Of a stretch of 64,000 bases of DNA, positions 55,321 to 64,000 are shown one piece after another. The position numbers and the translations under genes were made by a program. Below the pieces are notes generated by a model. That model saw only the letters and a list, made by a program, of their open reading frames with translations. It was not told where the DNA came from and searched no databases. Each line of letters starts with the position of its first letter. Position 1 is the stretch's first letter. The DNA comes from the human T2T-CHM13v2.0 reference genome, Homo sapiens: assembly GCF_009914755.1 (NCBI RefSeq), contig NC_060927.1. One strand, 5' to 3'.

Positions 55321-56134
55321 AAATTCTTCCCCTCCAGCCAGAATAGCCTCCTTACTGCCTCTAAATATGTTCTCCCCTTCTCTGTTCTCTGACTCCTTTC
55401 TGAAGTATGCTTCCAAGGATCCAAAAGTGATGCATCACTCAAATCTCAATTCAGTGTTTGATCTCCTGCTTGAAGTCTTCTAATGAAGGCCTTGAAGAAT
55501 TGCCCTTACCACAGATTTGTCTGTGTCACTGACTCGTATTTAATCACCCACCATATTGTGTTTAAAACATCTTATAGTGTTCAGATAAGGCCTTAACCCC
55601 TTCAATTTACAAGTAAATGATACCTGCTGTCATTGCAGCTCTGGTGCCTGTCTACTCTGAGCTGGATATGGTTGCATGTCACAAGAATGCAAAGATGAAT
55701 AAGAAATGGCTTAATGCCCTTGAGGAGCTGAGAGTCCGTCAGAGTGGCACCCAACTCGTTGATAACTTAAATGTAATGTGTCTCTTATTGCAGAATACTT
55801 GCTCCCCAAATCCTGTTACTGTGCTACATCATTTCCTTTGTTTTTCTTTTCTTTATTATACATATGCTTACAAAAGTATGTTTTAGATGAAAGAGGACAA
55901 GACACCATAAAGAGATGGGGAAGCAAAAGCGGTAGATTATCATATCCAAAGTCTTAGAGAAGATAATTTTCCTTGAAGATTTATATTTACTTTGGAACTT
56001 TCTGGCAGCCCAACAAGAAGAGAAGCATGATAGATTTCATGGTTTTTATTATCTGACAAAGACCTGTAGCTTGCTATTCTATCTTATCCTTTGACTTTGG
56101 ATACCATCTTTATACCAACTTGCATGTTTATAGC

Positions 56135-57545
56135 TCCATGGCAAGCCCCTTCCTCTGAGTGGCAGCCTCAGATCACCAGCTGCCTAGTTGACATCCTCAC
56201 TCAGGATGTCTCTGAGTGGCTAGGTCAGAACAGAACTGTCAGTTTTTATTTGTCTTCTTCCCAATCTGTTCCTTCCTAGTTGGTCCACTTCTCAGTAAAT
56301 AGCAAAGTTGTCTTATGCTTGCTCAAATAGAAACTTAAGAATGATTCCAGAGTTGTATTCTTTTATCCTTCATCATCTAGCCCATCAACAAGTTCACTGT
56401 TCTAGTTCAAGCCTCTAACACCCCTTGTTTGAATTGCTACACTGGCCTCTCCAGTGGTCTCCCTCATTTCACTCAGGCTTTCCCAAAATATCTTCTTCAC
56501 ACAGCAGCCAGAGTGATCTTTTAAAGAAATGAATTAGGTCAGGCACAGTGGCTCATGCCTGTAATCCCAGCACTTTGAGAGGCATAGGCTGGAAGATCAC
56601 CTGAGCTCAGGAGTTTGAGACCAGCCTGGGCAACATAGACTCCATCTCTACAAAAATTAAAAAAAAAAATTATCTGGGATTGGTGGTGCATACCTGTAGT
56701 CCCAACTATGTGGGAGGCTGAGGTGGGAGACTTACTTGAGCTCACAACCTGGGCGACAGAGTGAGACCCTGTCTCTTAAAAAAATAAGAAAAAGAAATTA
56801 GACCATACTATTCCTTGCTAAAACCTGTCAGTGGCATCTCGTTAAAAGAAAAATAAACCCAGAGCTTAAGCTCTGGCTGGCAAGGCACTCTGTAATCTGG
56901 CCTCTGTCTGCCTCAGCCTTATCCCGTGCCACTCACCCGCTGTGCCCGGCCACGTTGCGCTGACTGTGCTGCTGCCTAGCGCCTCCCCTCGTTTTTTGTT
57001 TTTTGTTTTTTGTTTTTTTTTTTGAGATGTACCAAGGCCTTTACATTTGTAGATCTCCCTGCTAGAAATATTCTTTCTTCCTTCATTCTATATACATCAT
57101 TTTTTATGTGTGATAATTTTTTTAATTTTGATTTTTTTCATATTTTTGAAAATTGACAAATAATATCTGTATATTTAAGGTGTGCAGCATGATGTTTTGA
57201 AATATATAAATAGTGTATATGTCATTACCGAGTGTCTATTACGTGCCAGGCATTTTCCAGGGTCTGGGGATACAGTGATGAAGAGGACTGACACAACTGA
57301 CCCCATGGAGCATTCATTCCAGCTCTTTCCCTAGGCCTCTCTCCATCCCCCTTCCCCATACCTCTCTCATGTCTCCTCTTTCCCCATTACTCAGGCCTTA
57401 GATCACATGTCACCTCAGAGAGACGTTCCCGGTCTACCCCTCTCCAAAGTAGGACTTTCCCCTCCTCCCTCCTCTGTAATCATAACACCTATTTATTTCC
57501 GTACTGGTATTTTAATAAATTAGTTTATTTAGTTATGCACTTACA
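56135..57545 (+). mobile_element. L2 fragments interrupted by an Alu
   Basis: cttcacacagcagccagagtgatctttt; aggccttttacatttg; cacatgtcacctcagagag. Confidence 0.6.
56537..56795 (+). mobile_element. Alu (J-like), right arm partly deleted
   Basis: Dimer with A-tail. Confidence 0.88.
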
Positions 57546-57814
57546 TCATTGGAATAATTATTTACGACATCAGTGGTGTGATGAGCAGACACTGTGTGCC
57601 AGGCTCTGGGTTAAGCACGATGCATTTGTTACTGTCTTCTTCACACCACAGACAACCCAGAGAGGTGGGCCTTGTTGTTATCCCCACCTTAAAACCAGGG
57701 AAGCAGGGCTCAATAAGGTTGTCTTTCACCTAGTTGCCTGAGCACCTTTTACTGTGTGCTGCGTAGCAGACAGGTGACTCAGGTTACCAGGTGATTTTTT
57801 AGTGATGATAACAA

Positions 57815-58075
57815 CCATAATAAAAGCAAGAACAGCCAACATTTTTCAAAGCTACAGTGTGCCAGGCACTGTAGTAACACTTCCCACACATCTCCTGTTC
57901 ATCTTCATGACAGTCCTGTGAAGTAGGTGCTGGCCTGGTCTTTGTTCTGTAGATGTGAAAATGGAAGGAGAGTTTGAACGCCTTGCCCAAGGCCATGGGA
58001 GTACTAAGGAGTACAGCCAGGATTTGAACTCAGGTTCAGATCTAACTCCAGACTTGATATTCTTAATCACGTTAC
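57815..58075 (-). mobile_element. MIR
   Basis: gtgccaggcactgt...cttgcccaaggcca...agccaggatttgaactcagg. Confidence 0.7.
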
Positions 58076-59274
58076 ATGTAATTATGCACACCGCACATGA
58101 TGTGTTTCATAACGTTTTTGTATTGTCGTATACTCAAAAGTTGATAAAAAGTTGAGGTCATATTTAGTCAGCTCATTGAAGGCATTTCTGTAAATTGCAT
58201 TGATTCCTTAATGATGACATGTAGCTTAGGAAAGCCTGGCCAGCATATTTCTTAGACCACCTCTCCCCAGTATCCGTTGAATCTGCTGAGCTTGGGCAAG
58301 GATTAAACTGTGCTCACTTGAGTCAGTTCTCAGAGACCAACCCTGGAGAGCACAGATAAGTTCACAGTTAATGAGTTCAGCCAGAACCGAATTTTCCACG
58401 TGCTTGTGTTTAACTCCCCACAGGACGGTGCTTACTGGAGGAAGAAACTATGTCTTCTGTTTATTCTTTATGGTTCTGTCTTTTACACAGCAGGTGTTTA
58501 TGTAACTATTTGCTAATTGTTTGAAGGTTAGCATTCTTTTTCAAGTTGAATGCAAAGTTGGATAACTGTATCTACGTTAACTGTTTTATTTGTACATTCT
58601 TTTAAAGGTATGTTCACAGCTATAAAGAGTTTTCCCTTTTTAACCATACAGATCTTTTCTTATCAAGCTTTAAGTCAAAAGTAAGCATATTATGAAAGGA
58701 TATGATAAAATTTCCTGTGAGAATGCATTTTTTTTTTTTTCTATTTTCTTAGTGTGAGACATCAGTTTATATTGCAGTGTGGAGAACTGTTAAGAATACT
58801 GTCAGGTCCGAGTGGTTTTGCTTACAGCTACAGGGTGTTACAAAGCAATAGCTAGATGAGATGTAATCTTTAAGCTAAGCAGTATTTAAAGCAAAATGAA
58901 AATAAAATCAGTTTGGTTTTGTAAGACAGCAACATTATGCTAATACTTTTCTAAGATGAAATCATAGCTTTGTCATAGAAATCAGGGACCAATGCATTAT
59001 CACTTCACTTATATCAATAGTTCAATGTATATAATAATTACTTAGATCTCTCTTTTATGTTTTATAAGTATTTTAAACGTGCAGTACTACATAAAAGCTA
59101 TGTTTTCAAGTTCAAGAATAAATAGCATTTTTTCTTGTTGATTCTTGTTTTAATAGTAGTTAAAATGTCTACCACCACCCTACCCACAACAAATTTCTCT
59201 GATACTTTTAGTAATATAAACAAGAATTAGAAGAGGCTCAGTGCTCAGGGTCTGCAGTTATACCATTTCATGAG

Positions 59275-59594
59275 ACTGGGAGAATCTGGTGTCGGGGAGG
59301 AACCCAGTGGGAGGGGATTGAATTATGGGGGCAGATCTTTCCAGCACTGTTCTCATGACAGTGAATGAGTCTCACAAGATCTGATAGCTTTAAAAAACAA
59401 GAGTTTGCCTGCACAAGGTCTCTCTCTGCCTGCCGCCATCCACATAAAATGTGACTTGCTCCTCCTTGCCTTCTGCCATAATTGTGAGGCCTCCCCAGCC
59501 ATATGAAACTGTAAGTCCAATTAAACCTCTTTCTTTTGTACATTGCCCAGTCTTGAGTATGTCTTCATCAGCGATGTGAAAATGGACTAATACA
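59275..59594 (+). mobile_element. THE1-family MaLR LTR (5' part missing)
   Basis: gtgaatgagtctcacaagatctgat...gtgaggcctccccagcca...aatggactaataca. Confidence 0.85.
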
Positions 59595-61197
59595 ACTAAT
59601 AAGAACCACAGATAGAAAGCTCATAGAACCCCCAGTCAGAATAAATATCCCCCCACATATCTAAAATCTAGCCCAGTCAGTTCCAAAAATATCACTGTAT
59701 AAACTCTAAAACCTAAATATTACTAAGCAAACCCAGCATTTTAGTCCATCTTGCTTTTGCTTAAGAATAATCAATGTCTTTGCCTGTAATTACCAGCACA
59801 ATCATTAGTTCAAGATTTTCTTATAAATTCTTAATATCTTTACCGACTTATCTAGAATGCAAATATCTAAATATCTCAACCAGCCAACATATATTATTGC
59901 CCAAAACAAGGTACACATCAACGCATATAAAATTGATGCTGCTTGCACATCCCAGAACAGTTTCAGTCTAGCTGCCTTTATAACCCAAGTCAGCCTGTAT
60001 ACCATAAGGGATTCCTAATTATCAGTTAGGTATATCCATTTTTAATTATGAAAAGTAGTGCTATATGAAAAATTCATTTTAGCCTTTTAGCCACTAGCTC
60101 GTATTGCAAGAGCTATGGTGTGGCGGAATGAAAGCCAAATTGTGGTTCCCAGTTATGTTTGATACTGTTTTCAGTTTCAGAACTTGCTATCAGAAATCTC
60201 TTTTGTAGACATAGTAGTATGTGAGTACTTCACAGAGAGATGGTTCATCTGATTGAATGATAAAATTATAGGCAGCTGTTGCTTTGTTTTTAAAAATATA
60301 TGTGCAAAAGCTACACAATAGCTTGATCAACTACAGTATGGAAAGTATGTGCACGAAAATCATTGTCTCCTGTCTTTAATCTGTTATAAACTTCTGGTGG
60401 TAAACTCACAGCAGTGAGACCTACCCAGAGGATGATATCAAGAGCAAGCCTAGGTTTGAAAAAACTAAGCATTATCCTTTCCATTATCTTAAATTTTGTC
60501 ATGTGATGTTACTAATTTGGAATTGAGTAGATGATTCTGTGCACATACTTATTTTACTACATGTATAAAAAGCATATAGTAAAATATCATCATCTTGTAG
60601 GGTTGGAAGCCATATAACTGCTTTTGAATAGAGCAGCTAAAGAAGTCCCAAGTTGTAAGTATTTGTTCACTGGAGCCAAAACAGTTATTTTCAGTGTGTT
60701 ATTCATAAGACAGTAGTGCTTATTTGGGTGGGTCTTTTAAAAGTGAAAAACAAAGCCTTCTCTTCAGGCTATACTTTAAATAGAAGACACTTGGTCTGGG
60801 GTTGGACTCCCAGCCACTTCATAGTATTGTGCCTGGTGTTGGCTTTCTGGCCTATGACTACTGGTGCTAATAGCTATTATCTTGGGGTGGGGGTCGGGGA
60901 GCCAAACTACTTCATGCTATTCTTCCTCTGATAGGCCTTTAGCATTAAGTGAAGAATCACTTGGGAAATTACAACCTGATTGTTTTTGTAGTGGTATCAC
61001 TGAGTATCCTAAAGAATAATACAAATACTGTTAATGTAAAAAGTCAAGCTGATGTTTAAAAATTGCTTACTTTTAAACAATAGTTATTATGGTGAAACTC
61101 AACTAGGGTCTGTAGCTTAGTTAATAGTGTTGTACCAATCTCAGTCTTGTGCTTTGATCATTATACTATGGAAGCTGGGTGAAGGATATGTGGGAAC

Positions 61198-61497
61198 TTT
61201 ATTATTATTATTTTTTGAGATAGGGTCTTGCTCTGTCACCCAGGCTGGATTGCAGTGGTGTGATCGCTGATAACTGCAGCTTCAACCTCCCAGGCTCAAG
61301 CAATCCTGCTGCCTCAGCCTCCCTAGTAGCTGGGACTCAGGGGTGTGCCAACACGTCTGGCTAATTTTTAAATTTTTTTGTAGAGACAGGGTCTCCCTGT
61401 GTTGCTCAGGCTGGTCTCAAACTCCTGGGCTCAAGTGATCCTCCCACCTCAGACTCCAGCAAGTGCTAGGATTATAGGCACGAGCCGCTGCACTCGG
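61198..61497 (-). mobile_element. Alu (J-like) inside an old L1M 3' end
   Basis: Reverse dimer. Flanks 61090-61197 and 61498-61553 read as an L1MC/MD-like terminus. Confidence 0.88.
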
Positions 61498-61723
61498 TGG
61501 AATGTTCCTATTTTTGTAACTCTTCTGTAAATCTAAAATTATTTCAAAATAAGTGTCATACAACCTAGTAGACATGGTTTCTAATCAACCTGTATTAAGG
61601 AAGCTTTACTTAAGAAAAATTACCGAAGTGAAACTAAGAACATTTTTGACTTCTGTTCTCATTACTTAAACTTGATATTTCTCATTAATGTAACCATAGA
61701 TTCATGTGAAAATTTCATTTATA

Positions 61724-61985
61724 CTGTAATTCCAGCTACTTGGGAGGCTGGGGTGGGAGGATCACTTGAGATCAGGAGTTTGAGACTACCCTGGGCAAAC
61801 ATAGCAAGATGCTGCCTCAAAAAAATAAAATAAATTAGCCGGGCATGATGGCCCTTGCCCATAGTCCCAGTTACTCAGGAGGCTGAGGCGGGAAGATCGC
61901 TTGAGTGCAGAAGTTGGAGGCTGCAGTGGGCTGTGATCACTTCACTGCACTCCAGCCTGGGTAACAGAACAAGATCCTGTCTCTT
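61724..61985 (+). mobile_element. Alu (J-like), truncated and tail-less
   Basis: ctgtaattccagctacttgggaggctg...cactccagcctggg. Confidence 0.85.
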
Positions 61986-63234
61986 AAGTTACTTACATTT
62001 GAACAGAAAAAGGAAATGGGACATTGAATTGGGATAAATAAGCAAACATCAGGGAAAATGTGGCCCCTTGCTTTTTAAATTCCTTATTGTTATTTTGGTA
62101 TACAGCCTCCTCCGTGAGTTGAGACTCCAATACTGCTTCTTCACATTCGGGCCCCTTAATGCCCCTCTCCTCCCCTAATCATTTATCCGCCTTGACAGAA
62201 ATGATCATTAGACCTCTGTGGCAATGAAATTACTTATTTAGGTTGAGAAATTATGGAAATTTAGAAAATTTTCGGCAGATTCTTAAAAAAAAAAAACTTT
62301 TGTAAACCCACATTATTTAAATTCATTGTATTAACTTCAAAATATTTAATAACGTGTGTATTATGATGTAGTTCGACTAGAAGTTGAGCTGTATATGATA
62401 GTGAGGAAACAGACTGCTATTTGCAGGACGAACCAGCCTCAGTTTTCCCATTTACTATCTATGTGACCTCAGGCAAATCTCCTAGAACTTGCCCCTCACC
62501 TGTTTTTGTGGAGAATAATATACTTCTCAACATTGAATGAGATTATACATGTAAAATCTTTAGCATAGTGCCTAGAGCATTGTAGGTAGTCAGTAAATCC
62601 CAACTAATATTGTCAATAGTAATAATTTATATTGTTACCTGTACTATATCCTACATTCCAGTCTAAAATTATGTGAATGTCATAATCAATACATAGTCTT
62701 CCTGTGAGTAATGTCTTCCAGCTAGAGTATTTTGTTTATTACAATTCTGTTGTCCCTCCAAATAGATGAGCAAATATGTAATTTCAAAATATTTCCATAA
62801 TTTATGTATTTTTTACGAGTCACTTTCTGATTATTGTTGTTTTATGAGTTTAAGGTTGCACTCAAATGAATAATTTGTAAATAACACTCTTTTTAGATTG
62901 GTCTCAATATTACATTTCTGAAGTTCTGTATTCAGACAATTCCTCATTTAGAAAAATCATTTCAAACTCATTTAAGCAAGTTGTTGCAGACATTGACATA
63001 GTTTGTTCATTCACTTGGATATTTTAAGTCATTCCGGTAGAAATTGTGATTTGCGTGTGGAAGTAAAGTGTCTCATGAATGCTTATCTGTGTGTTACCAG
63101 GACAACTATATCCTATAGATCCAAACCCATGTGTTTTCATGCCCACACCAGAGTGTCCCATCCAGATCCCAGCTTTCCTACTCGCTGTTTAATCTGTGAG
63201 TTACTTAACATCTTTGAGCCTCATCTTTAGACAA

Positions 63235-63350
63235 TTTTTTTCTTAGAGATGGGATCTCACTGTGTTAACTAGGCTAGTCTCAAACTCTTGGCCTCAAGTG
63301 ATCCTCCCATCCGGGCCTCCCAAAGTGCTAGAATTACAGGCGTGAGCCAC
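63235..63350 (-). mobile_element. Alu monomer (FLAM-like) inside a MIR
   Basis: Single left arm, with MIR motifs on both sides (63165-63225, 63360-63460). Confidence 0.75.
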
Positions 63351-64000
63351 AATGTTTTTGTCTATAAAATGACAAGATAATAAAAATTACATGTAAGTCG
63401 GAAGATTCTGGAGAGAATTACATGAGCTGATGTATGTAAAGTGCTTCACACCTGGAATGTGGGAAGTTCTGTATGTTCTATGGAAGTGTGTATTGTGGTT
63501 GCTGTTACAGTCATTCTTTACGTCATGCTTTGTGTTTGCCACTGAAGTTTCTCACTTTAAACGTTTTGGGTCTTCTAGAGATTTTTTGTTTGTTTTAAGA
63601 TATTTATTAGTATCCATGTCAAATACCAAATTATTTCTTTATGTGTTTTTTGTAGGCTCATTATTCTGGCCAGGTGATAGTGGAAAGTTAGACTTATCTG
63701 TGGAGATTCTGTTTTTAAATGTTGTCTTCAGCCATCTGAGTCTATTTGGATTGTGTTTTTTCGCCCCCTGGCAACCAATTTTTTTCTCCCTAGATTATAA
63801 CAGGCACCTCTGTGAAGCTTTCTCTGTCACCTCACTTCTCTCTTGTATAATCCTCTTCTGCCCCCACCATACCTTCATCAAATATTAGACCTAGGGACTG
63901 TTACTTTTTCTTTTCTTGACTACAATACCTGACACCTAGTAAGTAGTTGTTGAATTTATGACTTGCATAACATTTTTGATTTCTTATCACATTCACATCT

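Larger units (their letters stand above)
50981..64000 (+). other. SLC25A26: Downstream intron (continues beyond the window)
   Basis: Begins gtaagt. I did not see the next expected coding segment (ALWSW...) in the remainder. Confidence 0.75.

Overview
Primate (very probably human) genomic DNA that is almost entirely intronic. The one coding sequence I can support is a 45-nt + strand exon (50936-50980, IPFSLVQFPLWESLK) that I recognise as part of SLC25A26, the mitochondrial S-adenosylmethionine carrier. The rest is a long intron full of repeats. It includes: a ~13.5 kb nested stack (an old Alu split by a full-length antisense L1, which itself holds an Alu and a second full-length L1); a solo LTR8-family LTR carrying an Alu, a full-length 7SL pseudogene and a (TG)n tract at one target site; a 5'-truncated processed pseudogene of DPPA4; about 18 Alus; and older L1M, L2, MIR, MaLR and DNA-transposon relics. 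Nearly all ORFs in the supplied track are repeat-derived or spurious. I found no convincing new biological system. The best leads are a candidate poison exon (9023-9107), an open ORF0-like reading frame in the inner L1 5'UTR facing the downstream SLC25A26 exon, and a 68-nt hairpin just after the exon's donor site. Gene and repeat family names are from recall, not database searches, and repeat boundaries are approximate.
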